64,000 nucleotides of DNA from the human T2T-CHM13v2.0 reference genome, Homo sapiens: the NCBI RefSeq assembly GCF_009914755.1, contig NC_060928.1. One strand, written 5' to 3'. A program made the position numbers and the translations under genes. Shown piece after piece: positions 40,913 through 53,249 of the stretch. The notes beneath the pieces were generated by a model. It was not told the origin of the DNA and did not search any database. It saw only the letters and a list, made by a program, of their open reading frames with translations. Each line of letters begins with the position of its first letter. The first letter of the stretch is position 1.

Positions 40913-41125
40913 GTAATTCATTTAATATTTACCCAATTATGGTCACTGGTGACATCCTCATTGGCCAACAACATTGAGGTCCCATGAAATCCCCTGGCTC
41001 TCTGTTCCTTTTTACCCCAGGGATCTGTGCAAAGGCTGTGAATGTCATGGTTCCAGCAACCTTTGTTTCACCCATTGCCATCCCCATTGACATACCCTTA
41101 TGATGTGGAGATGGGTCCTTATAAA

Positions 41126-41276
41126 GTGTGGGAACTTCATGGGACTTCAGTTTCAGTGTAGTGTGGGAACTTCATGGGACCTCAATTTCAGTGTAGTGTG
41201 GGAACTTCATGGGACCTCAGTTTCAGTGTACTGTGGGAACTTCATGGGACCTCAGTTTCAGGGTAGTGTGGGAACT
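41126..41276. repeat. 35-bp minisatellite, ~4.3 copies
   Basis: Unit gtgtgggaacttcatgggacctcagtttcagtgta at 41126, 41161, 41196, 41231, 41266. Confidence 0.97.
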
Positions 41277-41414
41277 ACACTTTATAAGGACCCATCTCCA
41301 CATTCTAAGGGTCATCATACCTCATTGTCCTTTCATCAGTATAGTGGAAAATCTCTACTTTTCTGTTGCATTCAGAGACACTATTTTCTATCTCCCTTCC
41401 CTATAGTGAGATAC

Positions 41415-41571
41415 AAACCATAGGATCATCTCAATAGATGCAGAAAAAGCTTTTGAAAAAATCCAACATCCCTTTATGATAAAATCTTCAACAGACCAGG
41501 CATCAAAGGAACACACCTGAAAATATTAAGAGCCATTTATGACAATCTCACAGCCAACATCATGCTGAATG
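41415..41571 (+). mobile_element. Internal L1 ORF2 fragment, inverted relative to 40104-40253
   Basis: 'aaaccataggatcatctcaatagatgcagaaaaagcttttg...cacagccaacatcatgctgaatg'. Confidence 0.9.
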
Positions 41572-43172
41572 TTCTATAGAAAGGATGTTTTCTATCTCTC
41601 TTCTCATCAGTGGCTTTATACTTTTATGTAAAGGGAAAAATAGCATAAACAACTGTTGTTTCCTAAAGTTTTGATTCAGGGGAGCAAAGATCCTTGAAGC
41701 AGGAAAATAGTAAGTGTCTTGCTGTCTAGAAGGCAGAATGGGAGAGACCTGGGACAGAAAATTCAAAGAGCAAAACAAAAACCAACACCTCAAAAAAGTA
41801 TTCTACCACCACGGTAATTAAGAACTTTGACAAGCCTGGCTCAAATCCTGGCCTTGCCATTTACATGTTGTCTGACCTTGAACAAGACATTTGACCTGCT
41901 TTTTTTTTTCCAACATTGTATTGAAAAATAATATGTATATATAAATATATATGCTAATATACTTAGAGAAAAGTACCCCTCCTTAAGTGCATAGCTCAGC
42001 ATATTTTGAGCACAGACGTCCAGAAAAACAAGGGTGCAAGCACCCATAAGCCCCTCCCCTTGCTCTTTCTGGCCATCGCTGCCCCCGCTAAGGTGACCCC
42101 CTCCTGACTCGCATAGCTCAGAATAGTTATTCTTCGCTCCGGTGCGCACCGTTACTTCAGTTCTTTTTGCTTCCTTTATGACACAGGGATTATCGAAGTA
42201 CCTTCATCCTGGTGTTGTTACGACAAGTAAACAAATTAATATTTTAAAAATGTTTAGAACAGCCTATGCATAGTAGGCAGAGTGCATTTGTTAAATAAAA
42301 ATAAAACACATATTCTAGAAAAATTAATGGTTTAATATAAGTTGTGTGACCCTAAACCTATGAATTGTGGTTAAAAACAGATTGACACATGAAGAAGTAA
42401 ATGATGACCTACCCTAGATAAATAAAAATTCAGCTTCACAAATGTTTCATTCACTCCTACATGGTGACCCTAGAATAACGTTACACAGATTTCTTAGGTT
42501 GGTTTGACGGAAAGAAAATGTAAGCGTACATATATGTCTCAATAGTGATTGAATATGGTTTCCTTCTGAAACCATCACTTTGTCCTATTGTGAAAAAGTT
42601 ACGCATTATATCATGTGTCACTTTAAAGAACCTCTAGATATTGTTCAAATTCATTTGTTGAATAAGAAATTTGTATATTGCTCATACACACACATTTTTA
42701 ATTTATAAAATGTAAGCTTAATAGGGCTGCAAGTTTTTGGATTACATAAGTGTGGTTATTGGAATTAAGAAAAATACCCATAGTAAAGAGAATGTACCTG
42801 GAATTGCTGAGGCTGCCATGAGATTAAAGCAGTTTACTACATTCTAAAAAGGGCATGGGATCAACATTAAGAATCCTGTTTCATTTATCACCATTTCATG
42901 GAATTGATTTTCTGTCCTTAGAAATGAGGATATTTTGTGACTGAGCCACCAGAAGACAGCATGGCTGGACTCTAAATACTTCTTTTAAAAAAGTGAAGAA
43001 AAAAGAGAGCAGGTTTTTTTCCCCAAGCTTAAAGAACAGTGTATACATTAAGACATCATTTCATGTAAACTATATGATCTTTTACTCTCCTTTTTTGCTT
43101 ATTATTGAATATCTATTATATGATTGCTTTAGTTTTCTGAAAATCTATTTCACAAGAACATTATGTTTCTAG

Positions 43173-43353
43173 ATAATCAGTGACATGGCACAAGCAAACA
43201 CTTACTCAGAAGATTCAACATCCAACGTTCCATTTAGAAATGATGCCAGGGTGACTGACAACGCTGAACTTCAAAGGTGTGAGATAGGGAAAGTCATTAA
43301 TAATCAAACTGAAAAACACATTATGTCAAGTTTAGAAGTAGCCGTTGCAGAAG
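43173..43353 (+). pseudogene. Best-preserved exon: fully open, phase 0 to 1
   Basis: 'attatgtttctag|ATA...GAAG|gtgagt' (consensus donor); IISDMAQANTYSEDSTSNVPFRNDARVTDNAELQRCEIGKVINNQTEKHIMSSLEVAVAE. Confidence 0.6.
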
Positions 43354-43877
43354 GTGAGTCTCTGAAGTTTCATTTCTACAAATGAACGGCCAGTATTTGT
43401 GGACTCTATGGAGAGCCCAGAAAGCAAAGAAAAGTAGTAGCACATATTTGGCAAACATCCTGTTGTTTAAGCAGATTTGTTTTTATGTCGCTGAGAAGAA
43501 CTACTTGAAATTTTTCAGCGAGGAGAGCTTTGCAGTAAACACTTCTAGTTTATTAGAAGTAGTGCAGGATCGCGAGTATGCAGCCTATGCAGTTGAATGG
43601 ACCCCTGCTCTCGGAAGAGCCTCACACGTGTTCTGCTGAATTTTCTGCAATTAATTCATCAAGATTTAAATTAAACAAAGACCGATTTGTACCTCCAATG
43701 GGCCAGACACTGTACTGAGTATCACTATGGAAACAACAGTAAACACTAAATGTGGTCCCTGCCCTCAGGCACTAATTCAATAGAAAGCAATATAGAAAAT
43801 TAGACAAAGGAGTAAGTACAATGAATGTGATGAAGTGTTACGACTATGTGTAGTCTACTATAAGAGACAGACATATC

Positions 43878-44414
43878 GTGGCTATAAGATTAATGACAGC
43901 CATAAGGCCACCTTGACATCTCACAGTGCCTACACTATGTATCACTTAGCAACTTAATGTCACCTGGCTTGGGGATTTCCAATTCTGGCCCAGGGGTTAC
44001 CAGAACTCTATGACAAGGGGACCTAAAACGCCTGTTGCCCTAGAGACAAGGCCACCTCAGCACAGATGCCAATTTCATAAGCCTTGAAACAAAGTTTACC
44101 CTTAAAGAATGGCTGAAATCCTCTTCACAAAAGAAAGCCCTAGTAACTGACCTGGATTGAATACAGGTGTAAGAAGGAGAAAGAGTCCCCCAAATATTGA
44201 AAATGGTCTCTGGCTGGAAGTCCTCTGGTTAGTCAGTCTTCTGACCCCGACTGTGTGTGGCCCATGCCACAGCCGACTCCTACTAACCCTCCTGTAAGGG
44301 CACTGCCAGAAGAAAGTGCTTGAGCATCAGACGGTGTCTAAGGCTCATCTATGACAAGAATCGAGCTGCAGGGAAGAAGTCGCCCCTGGGGGAAGGCTGA
44401 TTAACTAGAACCAC
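43878..44414 (+). mobile_element. ERVL-class solo LTR (MER54/MER73-like)
   Basis: 'gtggctataagattaatgacagccataaggcc...gaaagtgcttgagcatcagacggtgtctaaggctcatc...ttaactagaaccac'; subfamily uncertain. Confidence 0.55.
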
Positions 44415-45554
44415 TCAAGATCCTCGAATGTGACACTAAATATAATTGTATAATAAGAAAAGACACAATGCACAAACAGCCTGTAGGCATTGGCGAGCAG
44501 GGGACCACACAGCAGAGAACAGTTTATGTAAGGAAGTAGTTTATGAAAAAGTGAGTTGACATTTAAACAATGGAGAAGGCAAATATTCATTTCCTCAATC
44601 TGCTGTATTAGGAGACGTGGAACTTTGAAAATAGAAAAGTAGAACATTAGCTGGAAGGCAAACATCATCTTATATAGATTGTGTAAGAACTTATTAGTGA
44701 CCGAATAAGAGAGAGAGAAACCAAGAAAGGGAGAAACCGAGAGAAACTAAGAGGGAGAATATGATGGAGCAGGTGAATACCTGGAAGCATCAGTGCTCAG
44801 ACATCCTGGGATTTCTATAATCACCTGAATTTCCTGATTTCCTGAGGTCTGTCTCACTGAAACTCTCTCTCAGTCCAATTTCTTGGGTCCAGTTTTAATG
44901 CCATTTTAATTCATCAGCAAGCTCTCCTTAGGGATTTGCCATTTGGGTCACAGAACATGTTTGCCTCTTTCCCTGGTTCCGTTGAACTGTGAGTGGCCCT
45001 GGTTATGGCACACACTTTACCTGTGACAATTGCACCTGAACACAGCAGAGCTACTTGGCTGTAAATGAAACAGCCAATCTCTTATTTAGTTACAATGTCA
45101 GTGTAAAATGCAAACATGTTTTGAATCAAATGTATGTTATTAAATCGCTGAATGGTGGAAAAAGGGGAAAATAATATGTGGATATTTCAAGATTTTTAAA
45201 AATAAATGGAGTTGAGGAAAAAAGTCATTCAAAAACTAGTTTTTGTGATACTTCTAGCTTCTTAGCAAAGATACTGGATTCGACAGCTCAAAGAAATTTC
45301 TAAGAAGTTTCCAAACCTAAAATTTAAAACGCTAAGCGGATTCCTTTTCCTTTATGATTGCAACGTTCGAACAACATTCTGTGTGAGTGTTCATTGTCTG
45401 GTGATCTGTAATGATAGGGTTTCTGGCCAGATTCTTGACAATATCAATAAACACATTTCCTATCAACCGCAGTCTCACTCCCCTGGACATTGTGACATAA
45501 ACACTAGTTGGTTAAATCCAGTCTCAGCTATTCTCTGAGAATGCCAAACTGAAA

Positions 45555-45646
45555 CCACGTTGCACACTCGCAACGTGGCCCCAGGGGAGCCGCGGCCTGG
45601 CAACGCGCGCATCCTGTGGTAGTTCAGGAGCGCCACCTGTCGTGGA
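45555..45646. promoter_or_regulatory. CpG-dense micro-element with CTCF-like site and palindrome
   Basis: 10 CpG in ~90 bp; minus-strand TCCACGACAGGTGGCGCTC (45628-45646) resembles the CTCF core; CCACGTTGC-N6-GCAACGTGG inverted repeat; RFX-like half-site CCTGGCAAC. Confidence 0.5.
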
Positions 45647-45825
45647 GAAGGAGAAAAGCAGGGCAGGGAAGACATTCTACATTTATTCTATTTTGGTGAC
45701 ATATATTCAAATAAAGGACGTATTTTCTTCTACAACTGTATTTTGCCCATTTGCTGTTTGATGATGTCTTACTAAAATGTTAAAGCGTGTTTACTGACTA
45801 TAAATCGATAGTAAGTATCTTTTAC

Positions 45826-45886
45826 AGAAAGAAAGAAAGGAAGAGAGAAAAGAGAAAGAAAGAAAAGAGAGAGGAAGGAAGGAAAA
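45826..45886. repeat. Polypurine (GA-rich) tract
   Basis: agaaagaaagaaaggaagagagaaaagagaaagaaagaaaagagagaggaaggaaggaaaa. Confidence 0.85.
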
Positions 45887-46724
45887 CAACACTTGTCTTA
45901 CCTTTATAGAAATTCCTGTGTTCAAACACTGTTCATTATATTTTTTCTTTAAATAATACCCTTAAGAAATGTACAGTTCTAAAACCCTACAACAATTTGT
46001 GTTTTTGTGGTTAAATAAACCAGCGTGAACTGTTTAAATAAACCATGAGGGCTTCATAACAGAAATTCAAACGTCCGGGTTGTGCTTGATCGTTACACAG
46101 GGTTTCAGCTGTGGTTTGCAGATTCTTGTAAACTAAACCTCATGGGAAGAGCCCACATTGACAGCTCATTTGTGAACCTTGAGGACAGAAGGCACTGAAC
46201 TGCCGCCCGAAAACACTCTTCTCATTCTTAAATGTCTCTTCCATACATTCCAAGTTCCTAAAGGCATTCAACATAGCAAATGCTCTAGAAGCTATTTCTG
46301 AGTCATAAACCCAGTGACGTGAGCCAAGGTCTTCAAAGGAGACTCTCCTAATCTAAAAGCCTCTGTTCAGTGAGTGCTCCTACTTTCCGTGGCACCCAGC
46401 CTTCTTTCTCTCCGTGCTCCTCTGCATTTACCATCTCGCAGGTCAGTCCCCACCACTTTCTGTCATCAGCACCTCTGCACCTCTGGCTTCTTCCCCTGAA
46501 GGCAGCCTGTCTGGCTGCTTCTCATCCATCAGCTCTCAGCTCACATGTCGACACTGCAATAGAAATTAGGCCTACCTATCTATTTGATTCCAACAACTCA
46601 CTGCAATTCGCAACTATTCTATTTATTTTCTCTAATTTTTTCCTCGTGTGTTGCATATTTCCCTCTCCAAAATAGAAACTTGACCAATACAGCCCCTTAA
46701 CTACCTTATTTACCGTTTTGTTAG

Positions 46725-46851
46725 CAGCATATAGTAACATGCCCTGGGGAGATGTGTGCACAATAATATTTTTGGAGTGCTGAGATGAAGGCTTTTCTAT
46801 CAGTCAAACTGAACAAAATGTCTGAGGCTCTTTTGATAGGCTTAAGCAGAT
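46725..46851 (+). pseudogene. Candidate decayed exon (phase 1 to 2)
   Basis: 'ttatttaccgttttgttag|CA...AT|gtaaat'; AYSNMPWGDVCTIIFLEC*DEGFSISQTEQNV*GSFDRLKQ (TGA at 46781, 46823). Confidence 0.5.
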
Positions 46852-47035
46852 GTAAATAACTCTATATCATTGTAGCACAGTTTGCTGAAAGGCAACTCAT
46901 GGGCTATAAAGGCAGAGAATTAAGTGTGGAAGTTTATAGTATTAGTTTGGTGAATAATATTATGATAAACATTTAAACTTTCCCTGGAATTCTGCAGCTC
47001 TGGAATAATAGATAAAAGTGTTGATGTTTCTCTAG

Positions 47036-47190
47036 CACAGGTAATCTCAGTGCAACTGGAGAAAGTTTGAAGTTACTGAATATTTGGCTAACTGAATTTG
47101 CTAATCTTCTTAAATAACAACTCCCAAAGTCTTGATACCCTGGTCTTTTTAAACGTGGACTAACAAAAATTCGACTGACCGAAACTTTCA
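47036..47190 (+). pseudogene. Candidate decayed exon (phase 2 start; donor not identified)
   Basis: 'gttgatgtttctctag|C'; TGNLSATGESLKLLNIWLTEFANLLK*QLPKS*YPGLFKRGLTKIRLTETF. Confidence 0.45.
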
Positions 47191-47821
47191 TTTATATTCA
47201 TCTGAATATACAGCATATTCTGAATATATAGACAGGGACACTGTAATATCCCCAAAATACACATTCCTGGAACATTGCATTCTACCAGTCTTCTGTGTTA
47301 CCTATTTTATGTTAATTTTGGCTACGTTATATGTTCCAGAAGTACCAAGATTTTCTACTTAAACAGTAACAAGTGAGTTTCAGTTGGGACTGTTTATTTA
47401 TGAAAGCTGTTTCATAAATAAATAAAGCTGTTTATTTATGATAGCTGCAGCTATGAGAAGCACCATGGGAGGGAGTCTGCAAACTGGTAAGACAGGAAAA
47501 GTTTCTCATGGAAGAGTAAAAGCAAGACGTTGTTTGCTAGAAAAAGGATAAACAAGAAAAAGCTAGTGTGAAAGAAAACAAAAATAACATACATAAAAGG
47601 GAGCAAATATGTTCCCCTCTCCCTGGAAAAAACAATTGTCTTTTAGCCAATAGTAAAATTAGAAAAATAAAGATAGATAATAGACACTTTGCGATATTAA
47701 GTGAGAGGAATTGAATGTGAATTTTAGTATTCTGACTTTAAAAATCAAAAATCAGAAAACCTGTTTGATATCCTAATTTTTGTTTTGAATGTTTACTGAA
47801 TTATTAAATCCGAAAATCTAG

Positions 47822-47904
47822 GAACCAATTGGTGCTGAAATGGATAGAGGTAGCACGAGTGAAAACTGAAGCAGAGGCATCAGGAAGACGCATCCTCAGA
47901 AGCT
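47822..47904 (+). pseudogene. Candidate exon, open (phase 2 to 1)
   Basis: 'aatctag|G...T|gtaaga'; NQLVLKWIEVARVKTEAEASGRRILRS; weak pyrimidine tract. Confidence 0.45.
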
Positions 47905-48816
47905 GTAAGACAGCATGGCGTGGGAGACGGCCCCTCTGTTTCGTCTCCTCAAGTTCCGTGGCAGACTAGTAAGACTGAGTTTGACACCTTGGGAGAGACA
48001 CGTCTGCCAAGTTTGTCATCCATTAAATTCACATTAAATGATAAGAGTTGACCACAGTAATGTTGAGAGTTGAATAATGTTACTCTAGAAAGAAGATAAG
48101 AATTGTTTTCATATATTTGAAGAATTTTTACAAGGTAGATATCCCAAACCAGAAATGTTATATAAACTAATAGCTGGGTAACTTCACACAAAGTTGAAAT
48201 AACATGGATATAGCACAGTTTAAAGGGTGATCTTTCACATTAGTCAAGAATTTTTATCAGACAGATTCATGAATTTATGGCTTTTATAATAAAAATTATT
48301 TATTAAATGGGGTTGTTTATAGTTTGGACTAATTGAGTTCATAGATCAAGGGAAAAAGCAGAAAAAGAGGTTTACACTGTGTTCTTAAAATCTTGAGTTT
48401 TTGTGTTCCTAAAGGACACATTTTAGTGAAAAAAATGTTTAAAAATTTATCTGGAAATTAGAATGTTTAAGGCCTAAATTCCCAAATTAGCCATGCTCAG
48501 ATGACTTGATCAAAATGCCACATAAATCAATAATTTAAAATGGCTAGTTATGTGAACAAACAGATCTGAGCAAATTTTAGGTTTATTAACAAGGGAAAGA
48601 AAGAAAAAAGAAAACAAGAAAGGGGAGGAGGAAAGACAAGAAAGAAACTTGCTGAAGGCAACACATCGTAAGGCAACAGTAATTCTGGGAACAGGGAACT
48701 ATTTGTTCTCGTGGGTAAGTGTGCATCTGCATCCATTTGTGTGTGCGAATAATATATGTTTGCTAAAACTTGAAAATGACATCATCCTTAAACATAAAAG
48801 TTTGTTAGTTTATTTA

Positions 48817-49150
<334 letters not shown>

Positions 49151-49369
49151 TGAATTGAAATTTTATTAAAAGTGAAAAGAATGTTTTATTGTCAAACATT
49201 TCTGTAGCTCACTCACTTGTAGAAACCATGTCTTTTTATTTGAGCCTGGCAGCTATGAACCTATTGTTATTTTTTCAGCTACAAAGTGATGTAAACAAAT
49301 GTATCTATTAACATAAGTTTGCAAACTAGGCATTCTCAGGGCTGTGGTAGGGTAGGTAGGACCGTTAGA

Positions 49370-49770
49370 CAGTCTCTTCATTCATATAAGCCCTGAAATT
49401 TAGAGAGCTGATCTCATATGAAAATGAGTTTATTGTATTTGATGTTATAAGAAAACTAATAGAACAGGCAGATGATTTTGCAGAATAAATAATGAATGCT
49501 AAAGTGTAGAAAAATATATAGAAAGCAAGGTTGGAACTCAGGGCAGGAGACACAGATGTGAGTCCCACTCCAGAGGTGATTTGAAGCTGTGCAAATCAAA
49601 AAGGTCCTAAGATGAAGAGCAAACCAAAAAAAGAACATGGTGACTACTGAATCCCAGGTAGGGTGCACATTTAGGTGGCGAAAAGAAGAGGAGACACAAA
49701 TGGATACTGAGGCAAGAGACTGAACAGAGTAAAGCCTCACAGAGACCAACACTAAGCTGTAAGTAGGAAG
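49370..49770 (-). mobile_element. LINE-2 fragment
   Basis: Degenerate L2 antisense ('gtgatttgaagctgtg...gtgactactgaatccc...cacatttaggtggcgaaaagaagaggaga'). Confidence 0.5.
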
Positions 49771-50047
49771 AACTGCCTTTGGCCAGTAGAAAATATAGAC
49801 TGCCGGCTCACATCTAGCCTCAGTCCTTTTGCAAACTTCAGATATTCTCTCTAATGGACGTTCTGGTGAGTTATCAAACTGAAATGGGCCATCATTAATT
49901 ATTTTGTAATGCTTTATGAGGAGAATTTATTATACCGGATATTAGAATCATCTTTCTGAGTCTTAAGAGGAAATATTAAAATTCTATGTGAACTAAGCAA
50001 TTGTGATTTGTTCTCTATTTTGCTTCTAAATATAAGTACTTGTGTAG

Positions 50048-50553
50048 ATCAATGGTCCAAAAAGAGCAGAGACAGTCGTCACCGAGTGAAGACCCAAGAG
50101 ATGGTAATATCCATGGAAAATAAAGATGAGAAAATGCAACTGGCCAGTAGAATCTGACAGCACGTTGAGCCTCTGCAAAAGAACTTTCTGCACTGAGTGC
50201 CCTGGGACCCACTTCCCTCTCCGGTCGTCTGTCTTGGCACAGATTGCTCAAGAAGAGCCCCCCAACTAACCCCTTTTCTCCATGACCAGAATCCTGAAAG
50301 CTGAATTGGTTCCTGCTGCTGTCCGCTCCTTGGATGGATGCCAGGGGAGCCGTTCACCGCAGGCAGTTATCAGTCAACGCTGGCAATCATGGTCCAGACC
50401 AGTTTTCCAACAGAAACACATTGCGTTATTGAAAGCAATGCACGAAATATTTTTAAAAGACTCAGTGATGCCAACGAATGTCTCAAAAGAATTCTGAAAG
50501 GGTTTCAGAAGATGGATGAATCTTTCAGTTCTAATTTTCAACAGTTAGCTTGA
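50048..50553 (+). pseudogene. Candidate terminal coding exon of the decayed gene
   Basis: 'gtacttgtgtag|AT' phase 1; 168 codons from 50050 with three internal TGA (50155, 50194, 50302), ending ...FKRLSDANECLKRILKGFQKMDESFSSNFQQLA* at 50551-50553. Confidence 0.55.
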
Positions 50554-50634
50554 ATCATTTCAACAGTTTCCATTTTTTTCTCCTCAAGAAAAGCATTTAG
50601 AAGAAATGTTTTTTGTTTTTTGTTTTTTATTTTT

Positions 50635-51200
50635 TTTCATCAACATGTTCTGAGTACACACCTACTCCGGGACCAGACCCTGTTTTCGACCTAGGAGACC
50701 CAGCAATGCATAGGACAGACACAGTCCCTCCTCTTGTGAAATTTACATTCTAGTGAAGGAAGAAAGAAATTAGATACATAAATAGATGAGGTAATTACAG
50801 GCAGTGTTAGGTGCTATGAAGAAATAAAACAAGGTCAAGAGACAGGGAGTGATTGAAGGGAGGCACAAGGAGTGATTCTGAGGTGTGAGGAGCTGTTGAA
50901 GGAACTGGCATCGGAAGTGAAATGTAAAACATAGAACTGAACCCGCTGTCTAAGTATCTGGGAGGACAATCTCAGTCGCAGTAAAAGCAAGGGTAAACCT
51001 GATATGATCTGGAGCAACAGCAACAGTGACAAAATAGCCTGGATGGCATGAAGTGGGCAATGCCAGAATGGCAAAAACTGTACAAGGGAGGCAGGCAAGC
51101 ATGGAATTATTCAGAGCCCTGAGGACTATGGAAAACTCTGGAATTCACTCTATGGTCATTGAACTCATAAAGACATTGAAGTCTCCTTAACAAAGGAATG
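50635..51200 (-). mobile_element. LINE-2 3' fragment
   Basis: 'catcaacatgttctgagtacac...gacagacacagtccctcctcttgtgaaatttacattctagtg...ggtgctatgaagaaataaaacaagg'. Confidence 0.75.
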
Positions 51201-53249
51201 GCGCCAGTTGATTGACAGGTCGAACCTCCCTAGTTGTTACACGGCGGATTCGCTGCAGGAGAGCAGAGCTCTGCTCTTCTTTCCCTGAATGACTGCAGGA
51301 AATTGTGGTGCTGCCTTCCCTGGCAAACAAGGAGTGAAAAATCCCTTTGCGTTCAGCAGGTCAAGGTAACTCCTAGGACACAGCTTTTCAGTAAAAAGCA
51401 ATCACTGGTGTTCACTAGAGTCTTGATGAAGTCTTTGTTAAGTGTAGCATATTTCTTCAATTCTTCTACCTGAGCATATCTCCTCTTCCTATTATTTGAG
51501 CTAGAAGCAATAACAATGTCCTAAGATGTGCAGTTTTAGCAGGAGTAATAGTGAACATGTTCTCAAGTAGAGGCCTTTTGGAATGATTCAGAAATTGCAG
51601 CCCATTCTGTAGCAATGAGAAATGGATATATCAGCCTTTTGTAAATTATAATGCGTAGTGCAAATAAACATCATTATGAGGGATGGAATACCCAACATGC
51701 TTAAACTAGGGCAAGCATCTGCACTAAACTACTTTTCCTCATTTGGCCCATGGATCCTCTTTTTGTAAGCAAGTATTAAACAGAGATGTTTGGCATTGCA
51801 GTGATGACCATTCTGTCAAAGTTGGAAGCTTAGAACTCTGAATTACTTTCCAAAATATAAACCTTAACCTTGAGAGAGTTGTAATCACCTGCGACATTTT
51901 TGTAAAAATTAATTAAATATTAAATAAAAGGAGCAAGGGACATAATCACTGTCAGGACTGGCACATTCTTTTCTACTGACTCTCAGAAGAAAGCACTTAT
52001 GCAAAAATGCACTTTTACCTTGTTTATATTTCTTTCACTGAAATTTACTGAACAGGACCTCGGATATAAATATCAAATCAGCCATTTGCTCTTTAGCGCA
52101 GTAGTCCAAGGTCATTTCACCAAAGGGAGGAAAAATTAAAACTACATGAGACAGTAGCTCTGGAATGAGGCTTTAGTGTTACTAGTTAGTTAAAATATCA
52201 ATTTCTAAGACTATGGAAAAAATCGAAAATCATTTTTTCCACTTAAAATTGTCAGACTGCTAATGCCGAAGTAGGAACATCATTTTCCCCTCAGCTGTGA
52301 TTAGTACGGTGTGTAGAAAATGTATGGGCAGGTTTTCAAGGTTATCAGGCTGACAGCCATAATGACTCCATTGTACTGCAGGGGTGCAGACCCTGGGACT
52401 TAAACAGACCCTGCAGAGGCCTCTCAGCTGGATGAAAGCACGGCTCGTGGTTTCGTTGGCTAGCTGAGTACATAGATCAAAAAGGTGGCATGTCTTTATG
52501 AAGTCAAAATTAGACTCATTTCTCATCCTAAAGATGGCTCAAATGTTACAATGACAAATATTCTATGATCTAAGTGTACCAGATCCAGAAGTGCATGTTC
52601 TTCCTGATTTGCCAAGTTGAATATGTCTTTGTTATTACTCAACACAAGAGTAGAACAAGCTTTGGAAAGACAGAAATTACTTGTTCCATCTAATATCCAG
52701 GTAGTACTAGCTTTTTAGGTTCTCTGTATGAAATGCTTAAATGAGATATCAATTAAGACTTCTATAATTAATGAAGTGATTTTACATGTTGGAGTACACA
52801 AAATTATGAATTGACCTCGAAAGACAAATGTTGAAATGAGACCTGGTCAAAGTATATATGCATAAACAGTCACTAAAATGAGAGAAATATTACTTACTAA
52901 ATTATAAAATAAGCACGATTTCAAGACAGTACTAAAAACTTGAATATGGTGATTTTAAAACAAAGAAAAATGTTGATTTTTATTTATTTCTTTAAAATAT
53001 ATTGGATAACTATCCATATTCACTTACTTATGTAGCGTTAGTTGTTTAAAATCATTAAAAAATACATGTGTATGTATAAGGCTGATAATGACATTTTCAT
53101 CCTGGCTCTCCTACCTTCTGTACTACCCATCAGTACAGAACCTGGTGGGTCTTCTCCTCCCCACATGCCTCTTTCTATGACATTCAACCACTTGGGTTCC
53201 AGGTCACCTGTATGAACGCAGAGTGAGTCTGACACTGCTGTCCATTAGT

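Noticed and set aside
42077-42151. CTCF-like GGGGGCAGC and 12-bp palindrome cggtgcgcaccg (MRE-like TGCGCAC on both strands)
   Set aside because: Only half the CTCF motif matches, and a 12-bp palindrome is expected by chance in 64 kb; adjacent to L1/MIR remnants.
49393-49487. Protein-like LKFRELISYENEFIVFDVIRKLIEQADDFAE
   Set aside because: Appears to lie within an L2 remnant, no convincing splice sites, and the flanking candidate exons join in phase without it.
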